Below are positions 43,245 through 52,862 of a DNA stretch of 64,000 nt, piece after piece. Source of the stretch: Chloroflexota bacterium (GTDB taxonomy: Bacteria; Chloroflexota; Dehalococcoidia; JAUQQI01); the NCBI GenBank assembly GCA_040289115.1, contig PSKS01000003.1, positions 35,515-99,514 of the forward strand, read 5' to 3'. The position numbers and the translations under genes are program-made. A model generated the notes under the pieces. That model made no database searches. It was not told where the DNA came from and saw nothing but the letters and a program-made list of their open reading frames with translations. Each line of letters opens with the position of its first letter. The first letter of the stretch is position 1.

Positions 43245-43341
43245 CAAGTAAAACGGCCAGGGGTAAAAGCTGAGCGGTCAGACGGCGCTCCACTTTTCCG
43301 GCGAATCCGACGAGGCCCTCATCCTGCGGGCAAGGCAGGAC

Positions 43342-43839
43342 TTGAGTGCCTTCGCCGAGCTTTACCGCCGGTACTTCGACCGGATCTATGCCTACGTGTA
43401 CCGGCGGGTGGGCAATGCGGCCGAGGCCGAGGACTTAACCTCCCGGGTTTTCTTCCAGGCCCTCGGGGCCCTCTCCCGTTACACCGACCGGGGCGCGGAA
43501 GTTTCCACCTGGCTCTTCCGGATCGCCCACAACCTGGTGGCCAACTGGCACCGCGACCTGGCCCGCCGGAACCGCTCCCTCCCCAAGCTGGGGGTACCCG
43601 ACCCGGACGACCCGGTGGATGACCTGATCGCCCGGGAGCTTCGGGAGAAGCTCCGCCGGGCGGTGGCGAAGCTTTCGGCCGAGAAGCAGCGGCTGCTGGC
43701 CCTTAAGTTTTCCGAGGGGCTTTCTAATGCCGAGATCGGGGCGGTCCTGGGCAAGAGCGAGGGGGCCGTAAAGCTCCTCCTGCACCGGACCATCAAGCGC
43801 CTGCGGCAGGAACTTCTACCCGAGGTGGAAGAGCCGTGA
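43342..43839 (+). CDS. Sigma-70 family (ECF-like) sigma factor; true start probably upstream (CTG 43270)
   Basis: 165 aa from TTG 43342. The same frame upstream encodes SDEALILRARQD, typical of the region preceding sigma region 2, but contains no ATG/GTG/TTG. Region 4 is LSNAEIGAVLGKSEGAVKLLLHR. Confidence 0.85.
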   Translation: MSAFAELYRRYFDRIYAYVYRRVGNAAEAEDLTSRVFFQALGALSRYTDRGAEVSTWLFRIAHNLVANWHRDLARRNRSLPKLGVPDPDDPVDDLIARELREKLRRAVAKLSAEKQRLLALKFSEGLSNAEIGAVLGKSEGAVKLLLHRTIKRLRQELLPEVEEP

Positions 43840-44834
43840 AATATGCGGCCATCACCGGCTGCGGTCGAGCCTTACCGCGGCGGGTCATCACCAACTTCGA
43901 TTTAGAAAAGCTGGTGGACACCAGCGACGAATGGATCCGCACCCGTACCGGCATCTCCGAACGGCGGGTGGTTTCGGACGACGAGGCCACCTCCGACCTG
44001 GCGGTGGCCGCAGCCCGTCAGGCCGTTGCGGCCGCCCAGCTCGACCCCGCCGACCTGGACCTTATTATCGTCGCCACCTGCACCCCCGACTGGATGTTCC
44101 CCAGCGTCGGGGCGCGGGTCCAGCACGCCCTGGGCGCCAAGCGGGCGGCCGCCTTTGACCTGAACGCCGCCTGTTCCGGCTTCATCTTCGCCCTGGCGAC
44201 CGCAACCCAGTTCATTCGGAACGGGGCGTACCGGCGGGCCCTGGTGGTGGGCAGCGAGGTGCTCTCCCGGGTGGTGGACTGGACCGACCGCAGAACCTGC
44301 GTTCTCTTCGGCGACGGGGCCGGGGCAGTGGTGCTGGAAGCCACCGAGAAGCCCCTGGGCCTTTTGAGCCACGTGCTGGGAACCGACGGTTCCGGCGGGG
44401 AAATCCTTTACCTGCTCGGCCCCACGGCAAGCCCCCGGCAGCGGCAGCAGGCAACCACACCTTATCTATACATGAACGGACCCGAGGTCTTTAAGTTTGC
44501 GGTCAGTGTCACAGTAGCCGCCAGCCGCCAGGTCCTCAACGATGCCGGCTACAGCCTCGAGGACGTTGCCCTCTTCGTGCCCCATCAGGCCAACGAACGG
44601 ATCATCCGGGCCGCGGCCAAGGCGCTGCACTTGCCCCCGGAAAAGGTCTACGTTAACCTGGACCGGTTCGGCAACACCTCGGCTGCGTCGATTCCCATCG
44701 CCCTGGCCGAAGCGGCAGAGACCGGCCGACTCCGGCCCGGTGACCTGGTGCTGCTAGTGGGCTTCGGGGCCGGCCTCACCTGGGCCGCCGGGCTGGTCCG
44801 GTGGGGGAGCCCGAACGGCCTGGCCGCCGGATAA
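43836..44834 (+). CDS. fabH: 3-oxoacyl-ACP synthase III
   Basis: 332 aa with catalytic AACSGF, HQAN and GNTSAASIP motifs. Confidence 0.95.
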   Translation: MKYAAITGCGRALPRRVITNFDLEKLVDTSDEWIRTRTGISERRVVSDDEATSDLAVAAARQAVAAAQLDPADLDLIIVATCTPDWMFPSVGARVQHALGAKRAAAFDLNAACSGFIFALATATQFIRNGAYRRALVVGSEVLSRVVDWTDRRTCVLFGDGAGAVVLEATEKPLGLLSHVLGTDGSGGEILYLLGPTASPRQRQQATTPYLYMNGPEVFKFAVSVTVAASRQVLNDAGYSLEDVALFVPHQANERIIRAAAKALHLPPEKVYVNLDRFGNTSAASIPIALAEAAETGRLRPGDLVLLVGFGAGLTWAAGLVRWGSPNGLAAG

Positions 44835-44847
44835 GTGGCTTATCCGG
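44827..44847 (+). terminator. Hairpin overlapping the fabH stop (weak terminator candidate)
   Basis: CCGGATAAG-TGG-CTTATCCGG (9-bp stem) followed by ATTTGC. The U-tract is poor. Confidence 0.35.
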
Positions 44848-44964
44848 ATTTGCTACCCTCCCCACCCAGCTAACAACTTAGGCAGGGTCCACTACCGGCT
44901 TGTTTTTCACGGGACAAGGTCTTGCGCCTACACTGGGCAGCGGCCACCCCACCGAAGCAGCCGC

Positions 44965-44994
44965 TTGACCACCAGGCAGTAAGGGTGGTATAGT
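44965..44994 (+). promoter_or_regulatory. Promoter of the fibre gene
   Basis: TTGACC (44965-44970), 18 nt, TATAGT (44989-44994). Confidence 0.6.
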
Positions 44995-45063
44995 TGCCTA
45001 ACACGCGGCCTAGGGGCAGAGCCGTCGCATGCTTTGCCTGGGGCCCTTTGTGGAGGTGCTACC

Positions 45064-47649
45064 TTGAGGCTTTACTTGGTCCTTGGTCTCCTCGGCTTTC
45101 TGGTCCTTGCCGCCGCCATCGGCCGGGCCGAAGGCCCCCTGCGCCTTAACCCATTGCAGACGCCCCTGGGTGCTGCCTTCAGTTACCAAGGGCAGCTGAC
45201 GTCTGGGGGCACCCCCGTTAACGGCCGCTGCGACTTTCAGTTCCGGCTTTTTGACGGGCCAGACGGAAGCGGACAGGTGGGCCCCACCCTGGAGCGGACC
45301 GGGGTGGAGGTGACCAATGGCTTCTTCGTGGTCCAGCTCGACTTCGGGGCCTCGGCGTTCGACGGCAACGCCCGCTACCTGGAGGTCGGGGTGAGGTGTC
45401 CCTCGGGCTCCGGCACAGCCTACGCCCAGCTTTCCCCCCGCCAGCCCATCACCCCGGCCCCTTACGCCATTTACGCCGCGGCCAGCGGCTCGGCCCGGTC
45501 CCTCCAGGGCTTTCCCCTGGGAAGCCAGGCCCCGACAACGGGTCAGGTGCTCAAGTTCAACGGAACCCAGTGGGTTCCCGCCGAAGATGCCGGTGGGGTC
45601 ACCGTGGCCACAGGCACCGGCCTTACGGCTACCACCTCCGGCATGACGGTCACCCTTGCCATCGCCCCGGCCTTCCGGCTGCCACAGGGGTGTTCGGCAG
45701 CCCAGGTCCCAAGGTGGGACGGCACCGGCTGGACCTGCACCGACGTTTCGGGCTACACCATCGGACCCGGCCTGGTGCTATCGGGCACCGAGCTTCGGGT
45801 TAACTTTGCGGGCACCGGCTCCAGCAACTCGGCCGCCCGCAGCGACCACACCCACGGGGCCACCGATATAGTCACGGGAACCTTGAGTTTGGCCCGGATT
45901 CCCCAGGGTCCGGGAAGCGGCCTCAACGCGGACCTGTTAGACGGCCTCAGCTCGGCGGATTTTGCCCCGGCAACCCACAACCACGACGCCCGCTACTACA
46001 CCAAAACCGAGTCCGACGGGCGCTACCTGGCGGTCACCGGGACGGCCACGAACTCGGCCAGGCTGGGCGGCTTCGACCCGAGCTACTACGCCCCTGCCGA
46101 CCACAACCACGACACCCGGTATCTTTTGATAACTGGGAAGGCTGCAGATGCCGATAAGTTGGACGGCCTCGATTCGACAGCCTTTGCCCGGTCCACCCAC
46201 AACCACGACGACCGCTACCTGGGGTTAACGGCTAAGGCCGCCGACGCCGACAGGCTCGACGGCCTCGATTCGGCCGCATTTGCCCTCGCCAACCACGACC
46301 ACGACAGCCGCTACTACACCAAGGCTGAACTCCAGACTGCCGGCTCAGCCCAGGTAAGCTGGTCCAACCTCACCGGGATTCCGGCCGGCTTCGCCGATAA
46401 CATCGACCACGATACCCTGGGAGCCCTAAACTGCACCGACGGCCAGGGGCCGGTCTGGAGCGCGGCCGCCGGCTGGGGCTGCGGGGGCGGGACAGCTTAC
46501 ACGGCCGGACCCGGTCTGATCCTTAACGGCACCCAGTTCAGCGTTAATTTTGGGGGGAGCGGTGCGGCCACGACGGCGGCCCGGAGCGACCACACCCACG
46601 ACCAGGCCTACTGGCGAACTGGTGGGAACGCCGGCCTGAGCTCGGGAAATAACTTTCTGGGAACCGCCGACAACCTGGGCATAAGCCTCGGGGTGAGCGG
46701 CACCCCAGCCCTGCGAATCCTGCCCGCCAGGGACACCCTCTACGGCTACAGTCCCAACCTGATAGGTGGCCATATCAGCAACACCGTATCGGCTGGGGTC
46801 ATTGGGGCGGTGATCGGCGGGGGCGGAGCGGGGCCAGCCGGGAGCTCCGCCCAGCACAACGCCGTCACCGACCGGTTTGGGACGGTGGGCGGGGGAATGA
46901 TGAACCGGGCCGGAAACGGCGACACCGCCCCCGAAAACGCCGCCTTTGCCACCGTGGCCGGGGGCCTCGACAACGTCGCCAGCGGGATGGCCGCCATGGT
47001 CCCGGGCGGGACCGAAAACCGAGCCGCCGGCAACTTCAGCTTTGCGGCCGGCTACGGGGCCAACGCCGACCACCGTGGGGCCTTCGTCTGGGCCGACTCC
47101 AACGGCTCGGCCTTTCATTCGGAGACCGATAACCAGTTCATTGTCCGGTCCACCGGGGGCGTAAAGTTTGTAACCGGCCTGAGTCCCGTAACTGGAGTCA
47201 AGGTTGACCCCGGGAGCGGAACCTGGGACACCGCCAGCAGTCAGGCCCTCAAGGCCAATTTCGTTGATGTGGACCCCAAGCAGGTCCTCGCCGCCCTGAG
47301 GACCCTGCCGGTCCGCACCTGGAACTACCGGGCCCAGGACCCATCGGTGCGGCACTTGGGTCCCACCGCCGAGGATTTCCGGGCGGCCTTCGGCCTGGGC
47401 GACAGCCCCGCTCACATCTCTACCGTCGACGCCGATGGGGTGGCCTTTGCGGCTATCCAGGGCCTGGGGCAGACGGTCGATGAGCTTCGGGCCGAAAACC
47501 ATGAACTTAAGGAGCGGCTCGGCCGGCTCGAAGCCCGCCTTGACGCTTTGGAGAGCTCCGGGCGAGGCGGCCCAGGAACCTTGGCCGTCGCCGCGGCCGG
47601 AGTTGCCGGCTTGGGGTTAGGGCTGCTTCTCGGCAGGCGCCGGCTCTGA
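45064..47649 (+). CDS. Phage-tail-fibre-like surface protein with HxH repeats, beta-helix region, C-terminal peptidase-S74-type intramolecular chaperone domain and C-terminal TM anchor
   Basis: TTG 45064 is preceded by GGAGGT with 6-nt spacing. The signal-like N-terminus is (M)RLYLVLGLLGFLVLAAAIGRA. There are six HxH motifs (SDHTHG, THNHD x2, DHNHD, NHDHD, SDHTHD). The S74-like segment is ASSQALKANFVDVDPKQVL...HLGPTAEDF...AIQGL plus a coiled coil. The tail is GLGLGLLLGRRRL. Confidence 0.85.
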   Translation: MRLYLVLGLLGFLVLAAAIGRAEGPLRLNPLQTPLGAAFSYQGQLTSGGTPVNGRCDFQFRLFDGPDGSGQVGPTLERTGVEVTNGFFVVQLDFGASAFDGNARYLEVGVRCPSGSGTAYAQLSPRQPITPAPYAIYAAASGSARSLQGFPLGSQAPTTGQVLKFNGTQWVPAEDAGGVTVATGTGLTATTSGMTVTLAIAPAFRLPQGCSAAQVPRWDGTGWTCTDVSGYTIGPGLVLSGTELRVNFAGTGSSNSAARSDHTHGATDIVTGTLSLARIPQGPGSGLNADLLDGLSSADFAPATHNHDARYYTKTESDGRYLAVTGTATNSARLGGFDPSYYAPADHNHDTRYLLITGKAADADKLDGLDSTAFARSTHNHDDRYLGLTAKAADADRLDGLDSAAFALANHDHDSRYYTKAELQTAGSAQVSWSNLTGIPAGFADNIDHDTLGALNCTDGQGPVWSAAAGWGCGGGTAYTAGPGLILNGTQFSVNFGGSGAATTAARSDHTHDQAYWRTGGNAGLSSGNNFLGTADNLGISLGVSGTPALRILPARDTLYGYSPNLIGGHISNTVSAGVIGAVIGGGGAGPAGSSAQHNAVTDRFGTVGGGMMNRAGNGDTAPENAAFATVAGGLDNVASGMAAMVPGGTENRAAGNFSFAAGYGANADHRGAFVWADSNGSAFHSETDNQFIVRSTGGVKFVTGLSPVTGVKVDPGSGTWDTASSQALKANFVDVDPKQVLAALRTLPVRTWNYRAQDPSVRHLGPTAEDFRAAFGLGDSPAHISTVDADGVAFAAIQGLGQTVDELRAENHELKERLGRLEARLDALESSGRGGPGTLAVAAAGVAGLGLGLLLGRRRL

Positions 47650-47713
47650 GGACCAGGCCCATCCCCTGCCGGCCGGTTGGGTTATCGGGCGGCGACGGTT
47701 AGGCTTAACAAAG

Positions 47714-48090
47714 GTGGAGGTTGAGGAGTTACTTGCCCGGGTGGCTTCCTTGCAGGGAAATGCCCGCCTGCGGACGGTGTTCGGCGAGCCCATTCGCCAC
47801 GGCGACCGAATGGTCGTAGCGGTTACGCAGGTTCGGGGCGACTTCGGGCTCGGCTTCGGCCGGGGGAAGGAGTCACCCTGGGGTGGGGCCGCCGGCAAGG
47901 CGGAATGTTCCGGGCAAGGCCCGTTGCCCTCATCCAAATAACCCCGGGTGAGGTGCAGGTCCGGCCCATTATCGACATTAACCCATATCGTGTTGGCGGC
48001 CATGCTGTTGGGGGCCTAGGTCACCTTCTGGGGAAGCCTTACCGGCCGAACCCTGGCCAGGCGGGCCAAACCTTTAGCGGCGTTCAATGA
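47714..48090 (+). pseudogene. GerW/YtfJ-family sporulation protein, disrupted by a 1-nt frameshift
   Basis: Frame A (47714..47941) reads RTVFGEPIRHGDRMVVAVTQVRGDFGLGFGRG. Frame B (47905..48090) reads RPVALIQITPGEVQVRPIIDI. Together they match the YtfJ pattern. The frames join if one base is added near GGCCCGTTGCC (47918-47928). Confidence 0.65.
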
Positions 48091-48754
48091 ACTCCCGGAT
48101 ATCTTCGATCCGGACGAATTCGTCGGCGGCGTCGATGAGCAGGTCAGAGGCCCGGTAGCCCCGGCGGGCCGCCTCCTCGTGTTGGGTGCTCACCACCACA
48201 ACCCGCACACCCCGACTGGCGACTGCCTTGACCAGGGGCGCGAAATCGCCGTCGCCCGAAAGTAAAATCTGCCTGTCGCACCGGTCAGCCAGGCTGAGCA
48301 TGTCGATGGCCAGCTCAATATCCAGGTTGGCCTTGACGTGAATCTCGCCCTGGGCGTCCCGGTAGACCCGAACCGGCTTGGTGACCACGTGGTAGCCGTT
48401 GCGGTTCAGAAACCGCAGGAAGCGGCGGTCGTCGTCCCGCTGGGCCAACAGTTCCTGGCGTTTCAGCTCGCGCGCCTCCTCTGGCAAACCGAGGAGGCGG
48501 ACGTACGCCTCGATGCCTTCGTCGTCCCACTCGCCGGTGTAGTAGTAGGCCCGGATGAGAAAGCAGCCGTTGGTGAGCCAGTGAAGCAGCTTGACGAAAT
48601 CCACCCGTAGGTTGAGGCCGTAGTAGGTGGCATACCTGAAGTTGTGGCCGTCCACGAAGACGGCCACCCGCTCCACAAACCACGCCGGGCGGGGCACAGT
48701 GCCCGAGTTGGCGGCTAGATACGGCTCGAGGGCGGGGTCATTTCGATTCTTCAT
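48074..48754 (-). CDS. NYN-domain (LabA/DUF88-like) protein
   Basis: ATG 48754 lies 10 nt after the secA stop. VAVFVDGHNFRY...ANLDIELAIDM...LLSGDGDFAPLV are NYN/LabA acidic-residue motifs. Confidence 0.8.
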   Translation of the reverse strand: MKNRNDPALEPYLAANSGTVPRPAWFVERVAVFVDGHNFRYATYYGLNLRVDFVKLLHWLTNGCFLIRAYYYTGEWDDEGIEAYVRLLGLPEEARELKRQELLAQRDDDRRFLRFLNRNGYHVVTKPVRVYRDAQGEIHVKANLDIELAIDMLSLADRCDRQILLSGDGDFAPLVKAVASRGVRVVVVSTQHEEAARRGYRASDLLIDAADEFVRIEDIREFIERR

Positions 48755-48764
48755 GGGCACCCGG

Positions 48765-51473
48765 TCAAGCGCCGCGGCCGTGGCACTTTTTGTACTTCTT
48801 GCCGCTCCCGCAGGGGCAGGGGTCGTTTCGGCCGACCTTCTGCCGGCCGCCAACCCGCATCGGCTCTCGGGCCGGGGCAGCTGCCGAACCGCCGGCGTAG
48901 ACCAAGTTGCGGGGCCGGGGCGGCTCTGGCTGGGCCTGCTGGATGGCCACGTGGTAGATGGTGTGGACCACCTGGCTCTGAATGGCGGCCAGCAGGTTCT
49001 GGAACATCTCGTGGGCCTCTCGTTTGTACGCCACCAGCGGGTCCGTCTGGGCGTAGGCCCGCAGGCCGATCCCCTCCCGCATCTCCTCCATTGCCGTCAA
49101 GTGCTGGACCCACAGGCTGTCGATGGCCCGCAGCATGACCAGCCGCTCCAGCAGCCGCATGTTCTCCGGCCCGAACTGGGCCTCCCGCTCGGCGTAAAGC
49201 TTCTCGGCCCACTCGTGGAGCCGCCGGCCAGTTTCGTCCCGACTCTGGCGGGCAAAGACATTGGGGGTCACCTCGGGTGGAAGCGGGAAGATGCGCCGGA
49301 CCTCCCGGTAGAGGCCAGCCGTGTCCCACTCCTCCGGCTCGTGTCCCGGCAGGTAGGTGTCCACCAGCCGGTCGATGGCTTGGTGGACCATATTCAGGAT
49401 ATTGGCCCGCAAGTCGGCACCGGAAAGGATTTTGCGCCGCTCCCCGTAAATCACCTCCCGGTGCTTGTTAATGACATCGTCGTACTCGACCAAGTGCTTG
49501 CGGATATCGAAGTGGTACGCCTCGACCTTCTGCTGGATCTGCCCGATGAGCTTGGTCACGGTGGCCGACTCAATGGGCTCGTCGTCGGAGACACCGGCCC
49601 ACTCCATCAGGCCCTTGATCCGGTCGCCCCCAAAGCGGCGGATTATGTCATCCTCGAAGGAGACGTAAAACCGGGAGCTGCCCGGGTCCCCCTGACGGCC
49701 GGCCCGGCCCCGGAGCTGGTTGTCGATCCGGCGGGACTCGTGGCGCTCGGTGCCGATGATGTGGAGACCGCCCAGCTCGAGCACCTTCTGGCGGTCGGCC
49801 TCCCACCGCGCTTTCGCCTCGGCGTACGCCTCCTGCCACTGCTCCGGGGTGGCCTTGTGGAACTCGATCCCCTTGCGCTTGAGGACTTCCCGGGCTAGGA
49901 GCTCGGGATTCCCCCCGAGGATGATGTCGGTGCCCCGGCCGGCCATGTTGGTGGCGATGGTCACCATGCCAGGCCGACCAGCCTGGGCCACGATGTAAGC
50001 CTCCTGCTCGTGGTACTTGGCATTGAGCACCTGGTGGGGAATGCCCCGGGCCTTAAGCATGGCCGAAAGGCGCTCCGACTTCTCGATGGAGACGGTCCCC
50101 ACCAGGACCGGGCGGCCCTGCCGGTAGAGCTCCTCCACCTCCCGGACCACCGCCCGGAACTTGGCCTCCTCGGTCTTGTAGATTACATCCGGGTAGTCGA
50201 CCCGGATCATCGGCCGGTTGGTCGGGATGACGACCACCTCCAGGCCGTAAATCTTGTAAAACTCCTCGGCCTCGGTGGCCGCCGTACCCGTCATACCAGC
50301 CAGCTTCTCGTACATCCGGAAGTAGTTTTGGAAGGTGATGGTGGCCAGGGTAACGCTCTCCCGCTGGATCCGGACCCCCTCCTTGGCCTCGATGGCCTGG
50401 TGGAGGCCCTCAGAGTAGCGGCGGCCGAACATGAGCCGGCCGGTAAACTCGTCGACGATAATCACCTGGCCGTCTTTGACCACGTAGTCCCGGTCCCGGC
50501 GGAAAAGGGCGTGGGCCTTGAGGGCATTTTCCAGGTACCGGGTGAGCTCGTAGTTTTCAGGGTCGTAGAGGTTTTCCACCCCGAGCATCCGCTCGACCCG
50601 GGCGATTCCCGCCTCGGTGAGGCTCACCGTCCGGTGCTTTTCGTCGACCACGTAGTCCTCGTTGGGGCGGAGCCGGGCCACCAGCCGGGCGAAGAGGTAA
50701 TACTTGTCGGTGGACTGCTCGGCCGGACCGCTGATAATGAGGGGCGTCCGGGCCTCGTCGATGAGGATGTTGTCCACCTCGTCGACGATGGCATAATGCA
50801 GTTCCCGCTGGACGCACTGGGAGAGGTCCCAGGCCATATTGTCCCGCAGGTAGTCAAACCCAAACTCGTTGTTGGTCCCGTAGGTGACGTCGGCCAGGTA
50901 GGCTTCCCGCCGGCTGATGGGCCGCAGGTGGTTGAACCTGGGGTCGTCGGGAACGTATGTCGGGTCGAAAAGGTAGCTGGCCTCGTGCTGGATGCTGGCC
51001 ACCGAAACCCCCAGGGCATGGTAGATGGGGCCCATCCACTGGGCATCCCGCTTGGCCAGGTAGTCGTTTACGGTGACGATGTGAACGCCCCGGCCAGTGA
51101 GGGAGTTAAGATAGGCTGCCAGGACGGCGACCATGGTCTTGCCCTCGCCCGTCTTCATCTCGGCGATCTTGCCCTGGTGCAGCACGATGCCGCCCATCAG
51201 CTGGACATCGAAGTGGCGCATGCCGAGGGTCCGCTTCATCGCCTCCCGAACGGCCGCAAAGGCCTCGGGCAAAAGGTCGTCGAGGGTTTCCCCGGCCGCC
51301 AGGCGGGCCTTGAACTTGTCGGTCAGGGCCCGGAGCTCGGCGTCGGTGAGCCGTTCGAAGTCGGGCTCGAGGGCGTTGATGCGCTGGACGATGGGCTGGA
51401 GCTTGCGAAGCTCCCGCTCGTTGCTATTGGTCACTCGGTTTACCAGGTCTTTAAGGACCGAACCTAACACCAT
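48765..51473 (-). CDS. secA: Preprotein translocase ATPase SecA
   Basis: From ATG 51473 the product starts [29 protein letters not shown]-motor motifs are present, and the C-terminal zinc finger is [14 protein letters not shown]. The track start 51506 falls inside the -10 box. Confidence 0.97.
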   Translation of the reverse strand: MVLGSVLKDLVNRVTNSNERELRKLQPIVQRINALEPDFERLTDAELRALTDKFKARLAAGETLDDLLPEAFAAVREAMKRTLGMRHFDVQLMGGIVLHQGKIAEMKTGEGKTMVAVLAAYLNSLTGRGVHIVTVNDYLAKRDAQWMGPIYHALGVSVASIQHEASYLFDPTYVPDDPRFNHLRPISRREAYLADVTYGTNNEFGFDYLRDNMAWDLSQCVQRELHYAIVDEVDNILIDEARTPLIISGPAEQSTDKYYLFARLVARLRPNEDYVVDEKHRTVSLTEAGIARVERMLGVENLYDPENYELTRYLENALKAHALFRRDRDYVVKDGQVIIVDEFTGRLMFGRRYSEGLHQAIEAKEGVRIQRESVTLATITFQNYFRMYEKLAGMTGTAATEAEEFYKIYGLEVVVIPTNRPMIRVDYPDVIYKTEEAKFRAVVREVEELYRQGRPVLVGTVSIEKSERLSAMLKARGIPHQVLNAKYHEQEAYIVAQAGRPGMVTIATNMAGRGTDIILGGNPELLAREVLKRKGIEFHKATPEQWQEAYAEAKARWEADRQKVLELGGLHIIGTERHESRRIDNQLRGRAGRQGDPGSSRFYVSFEDDIIRRFGGDRIKGLMEWAGVSDDEPIESATVTKLIGQIQQKVEAYHFDIRKHLVEYDDVINKHREVIYGERRKILSGADLRANILNMVHQAIDRLVDTYLPGHEPEEWDTAGLYREVRRIFPLPPEVTPNVFARQSRDETGRRLHEWAEKLYAEREAQFGPENMRLLERLVMLRAIDSLWVQHLTAMEEMREGIGLRAYAQTDPLVAYKREAHEMFQNLLAAIQSQVVHTIYHVAIQQAQPEPPRPRNLVYAGGSAAAPAREPMRVGGRQKVGRNDPCPCGSGKKYKKCHGRGA

Positions 51474-51504
51474 AGGCCAATCTTTTGCTTCCTTCCCAAG
51501 GACC

Positions 51505-51512
51505 ATTATACA
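51505..51512 (-). promoter_or_regulatory. Extended -10 element upstream of secA
   Basis: Minus strand TGTATAAT. No good -35 is present. Confidence 0.45.
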
Positions 51513-51691
51513 TCCAGACGGTACACTGCCCAGACCCCCGCCCCCGGGGGCTTTTTAGCTTTGTTGCCGGCCTCATTGGGAGGAACGTTCAGGCGGTAAT
51601 CGGACCATGTGGGGGCACACGGCTGTACGCCACGCAAAAAGACCAGCGATTGCATGGTAGTAACGGTGGTCGGTTTGGAGTAAGGGGCCGG

Positions 51692-51727
51692 CGCAAAAAT
51701 TAAGGGGCAACCGGAACCGGTTGCCCC
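51692..51727 (-). terminator. Rho-independent terminator after the ICL/PEP-mutase-family gene
   Basis: GGGGCAACCGG / CCGGTTGCCCC form an 11-nt-arm palindrome at 51704-51727. On the minus strand it is followed by TTAATTTTTGC. Confidence 0.75.
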
Positions 51728-51757
51728 CGGGAGCGGTGGGAGTGTTGCGCGGAGCTT

Positions 51758-52750
51758 TCAGAGGAGGACACCCTTAGGCTTGAAGTCTTTCGCCCCAAAC
51801 CCTTCGGACTGGGTGTAGCGAGTCTCCACCAGCTCGGCCGGCAGATATTTTTCCTCCAGCTCTTTAAAGTACTCAAACCGGCCCAGCTTGTGGTGGTTTT
51901 CGGTGGGGTGGCCCAGCTTCATCCGCTGGAGGCGGAACTGGGCCTGCTCCTGATTATCCCGAAGGTCGGCCATAAAATTCCAGACCGCATACATGGCTGC
52001 GTGGATACTGCCCAGCGTTATGAAAATATACTTATAACCCATTTCCCCAAGCTCGCGGAAGGTGAGGGGGTTTTCGACGTCGACCCAGCGGAAGGACGAC
52101 GAATAGTTGAAGGCCAGCGGCAGGTTGGGGAAAGCCTTGCGCACCTCGACGGCGAACTTTTCGGCCTCGGCCCGATCGGGGGTCGGAAACTCACACCAGA
52201 CCATATCTACCCCCACGTCGGCGTAGGCTTTGGCCCGCTCGATGGCCTCCTCCAGGCTCCCCCCGACGGCATTGCGGGCGTCGGTTCGGGCAATGATAAA
52301 GAAGTCCGGGTCGGAGCGGGCGTCAACAATGGCCTTAAATTTCTTTACGGCTTCTTCCCGGGGTAAGACGATCTTGCCGGCCAGGTGGCCGCACCGCTTG
52401 GGGAACCGCTGGTCCTCCACGTGGATGCCGGCGACGCCTGTCTTTTCGAACTCCTCCACCGTCCGCATCGCGATAATGGCGTTTCCGTAGGCGTCGTCGG
52501 CGTCAGCGATTACGGGTATGTCCACCACGCTGGCGATGTAGCGAGCCCAGGTAGTCATCTCGGTCATGGTAGGGAAGCCCAGGTCGGCACGGGCCAGGTA
52601 ACCCAGGGCGCAGGAGTAGCCGCTCATGTAAACGCACTTAAGGCCCACCAGCTCGGCAAGCCTAGCCTCGATGGGGGTAAAGACGCCGGTGGTGAAAACG
52701 TAAGGCTCGGTCGCCAGCAGCTCCCGGAACTTTCGGCCAGCTTTGCCCAT
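51758..52750 (-). CDS. Isocitrate lyase / PEP mutase family enzyme
   Basis: ATG 52750 is preceded by GGAGGT with 5-nt spacing. The motifs YMSGY, IADADDAYGN, EDQRFPKRCGHL and ARTDA fit the ICL/PEPM superfamily. Confidence 0.85.
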   Translation of the reverse strand: MGKAGRKFRELLATEPYVFTTGVFTPIEARLAELVGLKCVYMSGYSCALGYLARADLGFPTMTEMTTWARYIASVVDIPVIADADDAYGNAIIAMRTVEEFEKTGVAGIHVEDQRFPKRCGHLAGKIVLPREEAVKKFKAIVDARSDPDFFIIARTDARNAVGGSLEEAIERAKAYADVGVDMVWCEFPTPDRAEAEKFAVEVRKAFPNLPLAFNYSSSFRWVDVENPLTFRELGEMGYKYIFITLGSIHAAMYAVWNFMADLRDNQEQAQFRLQRMKLGHPTENHHKLGRFEYFKELEEKYLPAELVETRYTQSEGFGAKDFKPKGVLL

Positions 52751-52847
52751 CAACAACCTCCATCGCTGGTGAGGATTTTCACACATATAATAGCAGCTAG
52801 TCCTCACAAATTGCCGCATAATAACTTTGCACTTTTCTATTGCTGGT

Positions 52848-52862
52848 ATAGGTTTTGGCTAT
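52848..52862. promoter_or_regulatory. LysR-type T-N11-A box in the divergent intergenic region
   Basis: ATAG-GTTTTGG-CTAT lies between the ICL-family gene and the LysR gene. Confidence 0.45.

Noticed and set aside
43147-43300. TPP riboswitch upstream of thiL.
   Set aside because: GGGAGTGCC and CTGGTACTATTACCGG vaguely resemble THI-box pieces. However, the invariant CUGAGA and the ACCUGAUCUGGAUAAUGCCAGCG core are absent.
45064-48090. Prophage or tailocin remnant around the tail-fibre-like gene.
   Set aside because: No capsid, baseplate, tape-measure, lysis or integrase genes are adjacent. The neighbours are fabH, gerW-like, NYN and secA.
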